The position numbers and the translations under genes are program-made. Below the pieces are notes generated by a model that worked only from the letters and a program-made list of their open reading frames with translations, searched no databases and was not told the origin of the DNA. Source: Tricharina praecox (Eukaryota). Taken from it: a stretch of 64,000 nucleotides of DNA. The stretch covers positions 620,001 through 684,000 of the forward strand of contig NW_026250415.1 in the NCBI RefSeq assembly GCF_024521635.1, written 5' to 3'. The number at the start of each line of letters is the position of its first letter. The stretch's first letter is position 1. Below, one piece after another: positions 1 to 17,178 of the stretch.

Positions 1-1434
<1,434 letters not shown>

Positions 1435-1760
1435 ATAGAGCCGGACGCGGATTGGAATGGCATTATTTCAAGGCAACTGTCAGGTAGATGATTTGGTGCA
1501 TTGCTTGATTGGTACGATACACGGTAGTCGGTTGAAGGCAGCTTCTCAGTTTCATGTGCGTGCGTGTTTTTTCTTCTTTCCCAGCCACTGCAGTTTACTG
1601 GCTGGATAATGGGATTGTATTGGATCGGTGTTTGATAGAGATACTTTCTGTATGTAAGTGCTTTTGTATGATTTTTGCGAAGTAGGTTAGCGGAGATATC
1701 ACGTGCTGCTAGCCAAGGTGCCATGATTCGCGTGGCCCCTTTCTGTGAATATTTCACTAT

Positions 1761-1774
1761 ACGCGCACACGCGT
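1761..1774 (+). promoter_or_regulatory. MCB-like (MluI cell-cycle box) elements upstream of MCM3
   Basis: ACGCGC at 1761 and a perfect ACGCGT at 1769-1774, about 225 nt upstream of the MCM3 ATG; MCB boxes typify fungal G1/S replication genes. Confidence 0.5.
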
Positions 1775-1998
1775 TTCGAATATCCTGCACAACCTTAGAC
1801 ACGCCTCCACCCGCATCATCCTTCCACGCCACACTCCGCCAATTCATCTCTCTTCACGACTAACGACTCTCTTTCTTCAAGCGGTGGAATATCTCTCTCA
1901 AATCGGCCTCCATTCATCGCTATTAAAGCCTTCTCCACGATCTGACGCCCCCGAACCACAATCTCTGAAACCCCACCTTCTATCACTCCACAATCACA

Positions 1999-4617
<2,619 letters not shown>

Positions 4618-4955
4618 TTAGATGGGTTGGGGTTGGGGTTGGGAAAGGACGATACCTACATTGCTATGTTTCTTGCTGGTTTTGGGTGCGGATTAATGAG
4701 ACCTCAATGGCCATTTGGGCTGCCCGTCAATATCACTCGGGAATTTCCGTGAAATTTGTTAAACTCCATACTGCATTCAATCAATCAAGATCATGGCATA
4801 GGATTTAGGGAGCAGTGCCAATGCGACTCGCGATTTGTGACTCGTAACTCGTGAGCCAGTGGTATCACATGAATCCTGGGAATTACCGTATGTGGTCGAG
4901 TGATATTGGAGCTGACGATGCTGGGTAGGACGTTGAGTTTGTATGCTGCATCAAA

Positions 4956-5525
4956 ACTCTCACGGTCACTCGCCAATCGTCTGCAATACCTATTCCATTC
5001 ACTCTCGCTTGCACTTGCCTAGCACGAGTGTCTGCAACGTCTCATTCACTCTCACATTCACCCACCCATCTTTTGCAATATTCCATTCACTCTCACGGTG
5101 ACTCGCCAATCGTCTGCGATATCTCATTCACTCCCGTGCACTCGTCGAGCACGAGTATCTGCACCGTGCCATTGACTCTCGCGGTCACTCGCTAATCGTC
5201 TGCAATGTCTCATTCACTCTCACGTCTCTTTACGCAGCACGAGTGGCTGCGTCGTGCCATTCATTCTCACATTCGCCCATCCATCGTCTGCAATATCCCA
5301 CTCACTCCCACGTGCACTCGTCTAGCACGAGTGTCTGCAATGTCCCATGCACTCTCAGGTACCTTCACGCAGTAAGAGTGTCTGCACCGTGCCATTTACT
5401 CTCACGGTGGCTCGCCAATCGTCTGCAATATCCCATTCACTCTCACATTCGCTCACCCATAGTCTGCAATATCCCATTCACTCTCACGTTCACTCGCCCA
5501 GCACGGGTGTCTGCAACGTGCCGAT
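4956..5525. repeat. Composite minisatellite: 13 units of 41 or 47 bp, with a conserved ~26-nt core (GTCTGCAATATCCCATTCACTCTCAC) alternating with 15- or 21-nt variable cassettes
   Basis: Units counted by eye; cassettes fall into four recurring types (ggtcactcgccaatc, gtgcactcgtctagcacgagt, attcacccacccatc, gtctctttacgcagcacgagt). Confidence 0.9.
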
Positions 5526-5650
5526 GAGGACCCTCTGCCCCGAGCCTTATCCCTTCAGGACGAGCGGCTCTCCTCCTTCCGGTCCTTTCCTTTCCTTTCC
5601 TCTCCCTTCCTTTGAATCTTTCCCTTTGCGCTCGCTTACTCTCAACAACA

Positions 5651-5730
5651 GGGGTCCTCAAACCTCAAATGGAATGAAAAAATGGAATGAGTTGCGTATT
5701 TCCATTTGTATGGAGTAGTTTGAGGACCCC
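5651..5730. mobile_element. 80-bp element bounded by a perfect 13-bp inverted repeat (MITE-like or hairpin)
   Basis: GGGGTCCTCAAAC at 5651-5663 and GTTTGAGGACCCC at 5718-5730, plus inner CAAATGGAA/TTCCATTTG complementarity; no clear target-site duplication. Confidence 0.45.
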
Positions 5731-5836
5731 AGGTGGAATGGGGGGTGGATTACGGGGTGGATTGGTTATTTAGTGGCGAGGAGTAGGGGGAGGAGCAGGG
5801 GGGGTGGCGTCCACGGCGACGGGGGGTCTCGCGGAT

Positions 5837-5952
5837 TTACTCAGTCATTTCTGCTCGGTGACTAGAGTCATTCCTGCTCATTGACTAGTCGTTCCTGCTT
5901 ATTGACTAGAGTCAATCCCTCAATGACTAAAGCCATTCCTTCAATGACTCTA
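5837..5952. repeat. Tandem repeat, ~5.5 copies of a 21-23-bp unit TGACTAGAGTCATTCCTGCTCAT
   Basis: Directly visible degenerate copies, each starting with a TGACT(nn)AGTCA-like palindrome. Confidence 0.8.
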
Positions 5953-7100
5953 ACCGTGTGGGTTGATTGACTCTTGCAATGCTTCCCGGATGACATCTTC
6001 TTCCATCCATAAAACAGGGTCTGGTTCTATGTTACCTATACCTACCTGTTAGAAGCTAGGGGAGTTTAATTGTACAAGCTATCTACTGTCATAGGTATCT
6101 ACTATAGTACAACACCCCTCCCGTCAATTGCCCTTCCCCGTATGCTTCCTTGAATTCCAGTCCGCCCCTCCCTTCCCTTCCCATTCCTCACGAAACCTCT
6201 CTTTGTTCTGACTCCTCACTTTGTTCCATGTTCCCCTTCCCTTCCCTTCCCTTCCCATCCCATCCCCTTCCTCCCACCTCCCTTGAGCATAGAAAGGGGC
6301 AACCTATGTAACCAATCACAGCCAGCCACAAAGCAAAAGCTGCCTGTCTGTCGCGAGCGAGCGAGTGCTCGAACCTCCCCAGCTCCCAGGCTCCCAGCAC
6401 GCCCACCACGCCCACCATGCCCACCACACCCACCCCACGCTACTAGTAGTTAGTCAGGGTGCACGAGTAGACTGTCAAGTCCTAGCAGATAGTCAGGCAC
6501 CGGCCCGCTTGGTGCATTGGTGTTTTGGGATTAGTCGTTCACTAACTCCTAGCATGGCAGGGTGGGACGAAAGTGAGACGTGAGGCTGGTTTGCCATTCG
6601 GATGTCGGGGACTTCGGATGCTGGGCTTTTCTTTTTGGCGCGCGGGAGACGGTGGTGCGCTTGAATACTTTCTTTCATGAAAGCTTGGATTGGACATCTT
6701 CACCCTCTTACAAAGTATCCACCCCCGAAGGCCGAAACCACGAACAGTCTCAGTCCCGGAGCTTATAATGTAGGTAATGGTATATTAGATACAGAAATAA
6801 GCTCTTCGCACAAAGCACAGAAAGAATAAATGAGACAATGAGACATCGAATAGCAAAGCAAAAAACAATTCACTACAATACTCCAAACCGATGCACACGT
6901 ATCAAAGAGAAAGGAAAAAGAAAAAAGTGAAAGACCCCCCCGCATTCTTGCTACCGATAGACATCTTGACAGCATCCCTTTTTATACCTTTCATTTCGTA
7001 CCACACTCCCGTCCGCCCCTCCCGCCCATCAACCATCAATCGACCATCAATTACAACCAAGAAAAGTAAAGGAAAAAAGAGGAAAAAAACGCCCTGTTGT

Positions 7101-10100
7101 CTATAGATTACCGCCCAGGATTGCTTCCGTAGCTGTTTGAGATGTGTTAGCCAATGTTCTGGATAATAAGGGAGTGAGAAGGGTGAGCATACCAGAGTTG
7201 ATGTAAGTCCTCTTCGCATTCAAGTTCATTCCAAACCTCATTTCCAGCTCCGCCTTGATGCTCTTCTTCGTGACGGTCATGAGATCGGCGGTGCGGAGGA
7301 TATCCCTGATCTCAGCGAGGAGGGCATCATCGGACGGCAGATCCAACATCTCCATCTCGACGCCGTAAGCACCGCTGCGCTGGCTCATCATGTCGGACTG
7401 CGCCATGGACATGCGGCCATGTTGCTGCGGGATCGGGAGCTCGAACGTCGACATCGGGCGGCTAGCGTAGCCGGGAGGCATTCCGCCGCCGTTACCGCCA
7501 AAGCCGTACTCCGAGGTGGGAGCGTACGACTTGGTGCCGTACGAGTAACCGGATACTTCGGAGCGAGTGTCGTCGTGGCCGCGCTGCGTCTGCTGGTCCC
7601 AGAGTTCCGCCTGGTAGTCTTCCCACTTCTTGCGAGGGATGCTGGCGGGGTCGAACTTGCCCTCCTCGGAGATGACGATCTTCTGTCCCTTCTCTCCGGT
7701 GACGACACGAGTGTTACCCCACGAGAAATCGTCCATGTGCCAGAACGAGTATAGCGGAAGCGCGAAACTGAAGACGGGAATGGCAATGATGTACAGAATC
7801 ATCCATCCAATCATCTCCCACTTTCTTCGCATGATGAAGATGATAGCTTGCAGACCGTAGACGGCGGCGAGCAGGACGAACGCCATCATGGGTACCAGGT
7901 CCGAGCTGCTTGCAACCATGTAGATGAGGTATCCGAGATAACCGACCGTGACGGGGGCGAGGATAGTACTGAGCAAGTCGAGGAAGACAACGAAGCGCAT
8001 AGAGAAACAGCAGAAACCGCAAAGCTGCTGCATGGGTACCAGCTCAGCAAGATTGTGGATGGTCGAGTTAATCCATCGTCGACGTTGGGACAAGAAGACG
8101 GCCCAGGAGTCAGGAGCAACGGTCCAGGCGTGGGCGTCAAAGATGAACTTGGTCTTGTACGAAGCATGATGTTTCAAGAGCAGAGTCGTCAGGTATCGAT
8201 CCTCACCCAAGTGGAGCAAGTTCTTCATGTGCAGCGTATCGACACGGTTCTCGGCGTAGGACTCAACAACCTCACGGCTGACGAACAGGGGCTTTCCGGT
8301 TTCGGCTGCGCGAATGCGGTACATCGAGAAACAACCAGGCAAACAGGTTACCGAACCGAACAAACTTTCGAAGGCCTTCGCAAGGTTGTGGGAAATGAAG
8401 TATTCGTAGACCTGGATCATGGTAACGAACGAGTGCTTCGCATTGTTGAGACCAGTCTCTCCGCAGAGAGCGATGATTCGGGTATCTGCTAGGAAAGCAG
8501 CCACCATTCGAGTGCCAGAGTCCGGAGCGACAACGGTATCGGCGTCGATCTGCAGGATAAACTCGTAGAAAGTGGGATTCACCCCAATGATGTTGCGAAT
8601 TTGATGGTGCATCTCGAGTTCGAGCGGGCTCATGGCTTCATTGTAGTGTACGCGGTTCAAGAATCGCATGATAACCATCTGAGAGTCACGCTTTCCTCGG
8701 TTACCAGGCCTGGAGACCTCCGATGGCTTTCCAATCTTGACTACGACCAGGAAAGGCACGATGTGTCCTTGCACCTCGTACAGTCCGGAGTAAATCTTGC
8801 CCATGTTGTGCCGCTTTTGACCTTCTCCCAGAGACTCGAAGCTCAGGGGCTGCGGGTCCACTGATTCCGGCACACCGAGAATGTCGAGAACAATGCGAGG
8901 GGTGGGTCGGTCGTTTCCTTGTCCGATAATCATACCGTCACAAACAACAATCAAAAGTTTGCGCTTGTCGTCGTAGCGCATCCTGGCCACGGAGTCGATA
9001 GCACGTCGTAGAGAATCTTCGTCTTCAGTATACGCCGGGACCTGACACATGATGAATTTGTCGAGATTCTCGGGCATGTTCTTCCTGCCGAACTGAAGCG
9101 CAGCGATAAACTTGAATGCGATGACCGAGACGAGGATGATCGTGATGGCGAGGAGGAGATACCGCGCGAATTGACATTGTGCCGAATTTCTTGTGTCGAG
9201 TTTGCCGACATAAAACAGTCGATTCAGACAGACCCTCATACGATCCTTGACAGCATTGCTGAGGTTGAGGGTTTCCCAGTATTTGGTGATGTCTTGTCCG
9301 GCCCGTCCAGAGAAGAGGTCTGCCACTTGCTGATCCATGAAATCGACGTTGATACTCGACACATCCGTATCCTCCTGGCCCGCCGGCAAAATGATTCTTC
9401 GCCCACCCTTGTTGTACACAGTCATGTCATAGACTCGTTCTCCAATGATGGCCATGTCTTTGGCCTGGCTCTTTGCAGCCCTCGCAACATCCTTGGCGGA
9501 ATATGCTATATCCCCCATCTTGAAATTAGCTCTCATGACCATCATCTGCTCATAGAACCAGTCGGGCCGTGAGTCGTTTGTGAAATAGCGGAAATCGTGA
9601 TATTTGGCATTCTTGTCCAGTGTCGTGTCCTGCGTGGTGTTGGTGCCCTTGTAGGAGAGCTGCACTGCGGGGTGAACGGTCCCGTCAACTCCACCGCACA
9701 GAGCCGAGACTTGGACGGGGAAAAGGTTGGTGGCATCCACTCCGGCGTAGCTCCAGTAAGATTTATCGGGGATGATGTTCGGGTAGTGCGACGGGATGAA
9801 TGAGGTGAGATCAAAGACTACACCCCGAATAGCGGTGTAAGCAGTGTCTTCGGTGTGATCCTTGCCTCCATTATGGCTGGAGAGCTCAGCGAGTGAGTAA
9901 ACGTCTTGTCTGGGACAGATCAACTCGGGGAAAACCACTAAGATATCATCAGTAATCCGCACCAACCGCAAATATCACCCCGAGGTCCTTACAGAGGAAG
10001 AAGATCGCAACACCACACGACAGCCAAATCATCAAGTTGATGGCAAACTTTTCACGCCAGGCAAGTTGCACGTCTTTACGCTTGATACGGCCGAGCCAGC

Positions 10101-12841
10101 GAATCAAGAAGTCCGGAACGAACCACGTAAACAGCCAGACGACAAACATCCACCGTTTACGCGTACCTGATACGGGCAACTCCTCGATCTCCTCTTCCCG
10201 CGCGGCTTTGCCCTTTTCTGCCATTTGCTCGCGGGTGTCGAAGTTGCGGAACATGTCGCCTTGATTGAACGCCGATGCCGCCGCTTCTGACCGCAGATCG
10301 TCGGATTTCGCGAAGTAGCCCTGCTTCGTACCAGCGCCGTAGATGTGAGACCCTAGACCAGCCGAGGGACTTTGGCCGGGGATTAGACGCACTCTGGAGT
10401 CTGAGCCACTAAACAGACCGCCACCTCCACCAGTCTCGCCGACTGGCGTCAACGGGCCACTGCCTCCGTCGTCTGGGTCAGCAGCATACGCAGCACCGCC
10501 GCCGACAGCTCGCGTATTCGTCGAGTCACCAAGCTGTGCGACCTCGAACCAGCATCGTTCGCTGAGGAAAATACCGGTAGCTCCGACGCGGGCCTCGTTC
10601 GGTTCCCAGCCTTTATCCTCGACCACAACTTCGGCTTTCTCCCGCTCACTACCAACGATAATGCTATCCGCCTCTGCGAGCCCCAAGAACTCACCAAACG
10701 GCAGAAACACCGAAAAGTCCGCATTCCGCACGCGCTGAGAAATCTCCGCGATACCGAGAGTCCGGATCTGAGTGCGTACACACTTGGAATCGAACTGGTT
10801 GGCGATCCGGCGGTCGTTAGGTTTCAAACAGAAGATGAAGTATGGGTTGGTATTCGTGCCAGTGAGTGACCTCGTTACCGTGTCCAGCGCACCGACAAAT
10901 TGACCGGCAGCACCCTGTTCGATTAAGGTGGCTTCCTTAGCCTCGGATTTCTGGCCTGGCTTCTCCCCCTTCTTCCTCATGACGCTGGGCATCCGCAACG
11001 GCCGAGATGAGATTTGTCCTTGCATGATAGCCGTCTTCTCGCGCGGATGATTTATGGTAGTCACAGCCTTACTGCTGAACAGGTCGGTGATGAAAGAGCT
11101 GGTCGTTCCGCGGAACAGGTTCATTAGATCGGCGGAGATGATTTCACTGTTCTGTTCGATTAAGCCGGTGACGGGGTAATCGACTTCACCGGCAAAATGC
11201 TTGACCGTGAAGCTGTTGCCAGCCGACTGGAATTGCGCTCCTGGGAGAGGTGAAGAACCACCGATGCTGATCGCAGGGTTGCCCTTGGCGTCGAAACGCT
11301 TCTTGAGACTCTCAAGGAGCTGAGCGTCGGAACGGCCTCGTTTGGTCTGATCATCAAGAATGCTGAGCAAGCCATTGCTGGTCTTCAACAAGCCACGCAC
11401 GGCGTCGGAGTTATCAAAGTAACTGGTAGCCGGCACGGAAACCTCCTCGTTCTCCAAAAGCTCAGCCTTCTTGTCGAAGAAGCTTTGCAGACAGAAGTTG
11501 TACAGACTCTCGGTGGCCGCATTGTTGAGCAACTGGTCAAGAGTGCTACCGGTAGAGGAAGTCTGCGAGAACCCGGGGAAGTCGATGATCGAGATCGTGT
11601 TGCCGATTGAGTCCTCGACCGCGCACAGGCGCTCGTTACACGACTCGATGATCCACGCGACGAGCAGAGAGTATAGCGTTCGCGCAAGCTCATCCGCATG
11701 TGCTCTAGCGCCTTTGGCATCGAGCATGACCGTCACCCTTTCACGGTGGAGCGTTTTGGTTCGGTATCCCAGACTAGTCTCCAACGCATCCTGAGGGACT
11801 CCCAAGAACGCGGCGATCACTCCGAGCACTTCCTTGTTGCGCACAACCACCACCTGGTCACCTCCTTCCATTGCACCGGATTCCTCGCCGCCAGCCGTGG
11901 TAGCGTGGCCATTAGCGAATTCGAGCTGACCGAGGTGCAGCACGCACGCAAGGAGCTGGCATATCTCGGCGATTTCCTGGCGTGGAAATTCTAACTTTCT
12001 TAGAGCCGTCTTGAAGTGCTGGAACCCCTCGGTGTCGTTGATGCCGACCTTCAGCTGTGTCGGATGTCCAAGGTATTTCCAACGCTTCTGGGCCGACTTG
12101 CCGCTCAGGTCACCACTGTGCCTGTGGGCGGCAGTGGTTGCGTTTTTGAGGCCCAAATGCTCTTTCTCTGCGTCCGAAGTTCCCGCCAGGAGATAGTAGA
12201 GAACGTGAAAGTTCCTTTCTCCGGTCGGAATGCTGGTGATCCGCGATCTTTCGAGGCGGTGATCGAGCAGCTTCGCACCAATCAAAGTCTGAGAGATGTT
12301 TTCATATTGTAGCTCGAGGAACAAGCCGGCTTTGGAGGCCGTGGCCGTCGTCAGGGATTTTGTCGTTGTCAGCGCGTCGAAGAGGTACGCCAGGAGCGAG
12401 ACCTTGTGCGAGAGCGGCGTCGAAGTGAAGCCCAACAACGACGAGAGCAGCTGCGAGCGGAGCGTCGTCTTTCCAGATCCCGACTCTCCCCTTTTTCCCC
12501 CGGTATCAGCATTCCACGCTCATACACGACGACCACACCAACACCGTACTGATAACAAAACAAAGACAATGGACGAGAACTCACAAAAACACAGCAACCT
12601 GATTCTCCCCCCTACCGCCCATACGCTTCCACATCCGCGTGGCCATATTCTCGAGGTCCACGCCGACGACATGGGGGTTCGAAAAGGTGTTCAACGAGAC
12701 GATTGCCTGAGATCCGAGAGTGGCTGTTGGCAACGCCAGGTGGAATCGTGAGGCCAGGTGAGCCGTGATGTGGGTGTCGGACTGGAGATGTGCAGGTAAC
12801 GACGGCAGCGAAGGCTGCGACTGAGGGGATTGTTGCGCCAT
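7101..12841 (-). CDS. csmA: Class V chitin synthase with N-terminal myosin motor-like domain (CsmA/ChsV type); introns approx. 12491-12584, 9938-9992, 7133-7192
   Basis: P-loop GESGSGKT formed across intron 1; myosin motifs [11 protein letters not shown] and DFPGF; cytochrome b5-like segments; chitin synthase motifs GKRDSQ, DADT, GEDRYL and QRRRW; C-terminal DEK_C-like helix. Confidence 0.95.
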
Positions 12842-15800
12842 GGCGGGCAAATTCGCGGGCGAGTTCGCGGGCGGGCGGTGGTGGTGGGAGGGGATTGCGC
12901 CCCTCGCGGGAAACTTTGTATAACTTCGACAGCCGTCTACTTGCCCTCACTCGTCCGATTTCACTGCAAGAGGAGGCTCCCTCAGTAGCTAATTGCGATG
13001 CGTGTTGGAATAAGTATCGTTAGACGGCGGATAGATGGCTAGCTGGTCGTGATGCAGGAGGAGTTCGAGTATACAGCGGCAGTGAAGTGGGAACGATGAG
13101 AGAAAGGGGAACGAGAATGTTGTTGTTGCTGTAGTAGTGAGTGGTGGTATTGGGTGAGACAGCACGAATAAGCAAAGGGCAGGAGAGCAGTGAGCGTGGA
13201 CGTTTGCCAGAAAACAAACAGAGTCGGTGGAGACGGAGACAAAACACGCGCCCAAGTGCAAGAAGCGATGGGAGGGTTCTACTTCTGCCGAACCACGACT
13301 GATCGTAGTGGAAAGTAGCGGGAGCTGGTGGTGATGGTGATGGCGGGTTGCTGGATTACTTTCGGCGGTGTTGATCAGACAGAGAAAGATATGGGTGAGG
13401 GTATTCTGGCATGCAGTCACTAAGGCGGCGTTGTTATTGCTACACACTGCTACGGGGATGTCTCGATGCCCCTTCACTTCCGCTTCTTCCCACCCATCCC
13501 TTTTCCACGACGTGGGATAACATAACTAAACGGTGTGGCGTCGAAGCAGGCACGGGTGGGTGGGTATATGGGAGCACCCATCTAAACCCATCAGGTCACG
13601 ATGGTTCGGAAAAGGAGTCAAAATTTACGTCTTAGTTTAGCACATCACCACCATCATCACGGTCCGAGCAGACAGTTATCGAGACCAATTTAGATCCACA
13701 GCAACTCGCAAGTGGGCATCGAGCCGAGCCCCAAGTTGACGGTGAAAAGGAGTGTCGAAGGCTTTATGTAGAGTAACCGAGCTTTTTCTCTGCTCTTTTT
13801 CTGATGGAGGATTCGGATTCTGCAGAGAAGTGCATGTAGGTACCAGGTAGCAGATACAACGTAAAGACAAGAGAAGGATTTGTAGTACATATTGCGGGCT
13901 TCCCTCCTCGTATCGTGCAACCCGAATTCGTCTCCTGCCAGGCACGCGATTTGGAAATTGGTGGAGAGTGCGATGAGCGGTTGTTGCTCCTAGCAACGCC
14001 ATATCCAAGAAGCGACAGAGCATCACGATCGTCAACAACAATGTCCTATCAAAGAACATCACCGACACCATCATCAACAAAGTGTGGTCTCCAGGTTTTC
14101 CCAATGAACACGCACGGCTCAAGTACCGTACTCTATTGCTTTACGCAGAGTACCTCCGTCCGGAGTTCTCGAGTTGCCGTACTATCGAGTACCGCACTGT
14201 ACCGCACAGTCCGCACAGGTGATGATAGTTGCTATTTCCGGAACACCGATCATCCTATCCTCTCCGCCGCCATCCACCTCATCCCTTGCGCGACGACCGC
14301 CGCATGCCACGGCCTGCTTCCTATTCGCCCCTAGCCACGGCCGACAGAATGGATCTCCGGATCGCGACGGCTGCTAGGTTGCGCAGGAAGACCCTTCTGT
14401 CTGGGGGCGAGCTTGTATGATGGATGATGTACGAGTCCGAATCTCAATGAACTCGACGGTCGAGGCTTGTTTCTCTACCGAACTTGATGTTCTATGTATC
14501 ATATGCACCTCCGGACGTTACCACCTTCCCACAGAGACTCGAGAAGGATCACTGATGCATTGGTAAGGGACGTCTGCAGGCATCGGGGTAGGCGCTAGAA
14601 GGAGCAGAGTGCTTACATAACTCTCTGCATGGCTCAGGAGACAGGTCAAAACAGCCCTCGTTTGGGTGCGGTGGAGGAAGAAGGTTGCATCCGGCAGCTT
14701 TGGGCGTGTGGTCATGGCAACAAGCTGGTGTTTATTTGGATCATCCATCCATCGTCCCCCCTCCAACAACAATAATAAGAACCCAGATTGGCTGCGTAAC
14801 ACTTCGTCTCAGCTGTGTCAGGATCGTCAGGAAAGCCGCACACGCATACATATCTGGGAGCATGTCGACGCCTGACGGATCAAGAGTTGTCATCGCGGAG
14901 AAGGAATCAAAACATCCCTAAACGGCAATAACTTTTCTTTTCGCTTTCTGCTGCTGTGCTTTTCAGCTTCTCCTTTCACGCCCTCCCGCGCATATCCCTC
15001 CCCTCCTCAGACTTGCAGCAATGGCCGGACAAGAGACAAGGGGCACCGGAGACGCAGAGCGAGAGAGAGAAAAAAAAATGAGATGTACCGAATCTACATT
15101 CGTTTCTTATTATAGCCGAGTGTGTTGGCCCATGGCACCGTCCAAAATTCAAATTCCATCAGCGTCATTATCCGCAACCCGCATGTGAGCAGGAAGGGAA
15201 CGGGAGCGATATGTGTGTGCGTGCAGACACAGAGTTGTCACAGACATGAGGATGAGGAAAGGCAATGGAGAACGCGAGGTACATACGGTAGATAAGCCAA
15301 TAAATGGGCCGGCTTCAACTCAAGGGACGCGTACGCTCGAAGATGTACGATGTGCAGTTATAGTAGGTAGCCAGCCTGGCTGCCGGCCGACTCTGTCTTC
15401 GCTGCCATCCATCCATTAATCCGCCTTCACGATCTTTCCGTTGAAGCTCGAACTCGTTCTCGTTCCTTCAATGGAAGCCTGAAGGGCGAAGGGCCCGAGA
15501 GAGCGTCTACGAAACGCTAGCAGTCGCTAGCAGATCGGGCTGGCTCTCGTTGTCCGTCGTTGTCGCTTGCCGCGATTCTTCCGAAAGTGTTGCCTGGACT
15601 CTGGACTTCCCGACGCTCCCGGATCGTTGAGGCCTCTGTGAACGACTAACCCTTTTGGGCGATTGTCCGAGTGGCTTTCTCGAGCCTAAAAAATGCTGTT
15701 CTTAATCTCGTCTTCACGGTCCATCACGCGAATCTTCGAACTTTTATTCGGTCGTCTCTGAGGGTCCGGTTCCTATCTCCACTGCTCAATACATTCCGAT

Positions 15801-17178
15801 AACACCACCGAGTCGTCTTCAATCGCAGCCAGATCATATCTGTGTGATTAACACGGACACTGAACTGTCGAGTTGAGCTCTGTAGAGTACGGGCGATAAA
15901 ACTCAAGAAGAAGTCGATAAGAGTATGAAATATATCTCCATCACTACACATTCCGCGCTTTTGGATGTACAGTGCACATCGATCGGATCACGATCGATCT
16001 GTTAATCACATTTTAGGGACACTTTGTATGGTGTCCAAAGCTTCGGTAATCGTGAGCTTCACGATTTGGCAGCGAGTTGTGCGGATTCGCAAAGAAGGCT
16101 GAGACCGTGACAAGAAAACAAGCCGTGGTTTGTACGATTATGCTTTCATCGGCTTTCGGTGCTAGTACATTAAAATAGGGGCATCTGACAACGAGTCCGA
16201 AGCCGGATTTCGGATCGAAAGAAACCGGTAAAATAAACAAAACCGTAAACAAACACGAACCCCCACCGACAACACGTATGTAGCAGTCGAACCGTCGGGC
16301 GCTATGCCAAGTGATTGCAAATCGGCCAAAACTCCCCGTTCTGGCGTTTTGCCATCACGCCCTTGTGGTGTTAGCCGATTAGTGGCATCGAAAAAAGCCC
16401 ATGCCCACTCCCGTCGATGCCACGATGGCAGGGATGCGGAAAATAGGAGAGCATCTATACTCTACCCTGCGACCGGAATGGAAGTGGAATGGTCTCACAG
16501 CACAGGAACAGTGAACGCACCCTAGCGGAAAGTAGCACCGTGGGGCATTGGCAGCGGGAACGAAGGAAAGGAAAACTGCTGCTGCTGGGTGGTGTTGGTT
16601 GGGCTGGCTCGACTGGGCTGCTTGCTGCTTGCTGCCATCCATCATCTATTCTCGCGACCCACAACAACCAGGACCTCCATACAGAACGACCTCCTAGCCC
16701 ATACCTCTCTTACTGGTGGTCGACTGTCTTGCTTGTTGCCGTAACAACAACCCTCGTTCTTGGTCCTCTTCCTCTCTTTCTTCTCCCACTCTCGCTCTCC
16801 CTTTTGGCTCACTACTTCCTATCTCGCTGTGGAAAAAAAAACATTCGGGTCACTTAATCGTTTGTTTGGCGTGTCCCCGTCTTGCCCGTGCTTCGTTCCT
16901 CTTCCCTCCCACTTAGGAGACTTATCTCCAAGCGCAAACAAATCTCAAATCTCAGCGGACTACACGCATCTCATTGTTTTGCGTCTCACTCGAGAGATCC
17001 CTCGCCTGTTCCTGCCCATCAACCCAACTCCCAGAACTGCTCCTCGCATCAAGGAGACTGTGCAACCTATTCTTCCCCCCCGAACCGTTCAGCACTACTG
17101 GTGCGCACCTGTATAGTACGGCCAACTACTTCACATTCCGCTTCTGCGGCGCGGGCTCTCCCTGAGTAAACTCCCGCG

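Noticed and set aside
4956..5525. True CRISPR array
   Set aside because: Eukaryotic context, no cas genes, degenerate repeats, and short spacers that recur in four families.
5243..5718. ORFs across the minisatellite
   Set aside because: Unit lengths of 41 and 47 bp shift the frame, so the peptides are repeat artefacts.
12850..17170. Many 60-160-aa ORFs between the chitin synthases
   Set aside because: No recognisable motifs or consistent exon chains; best read as promoter and UTR sequence.
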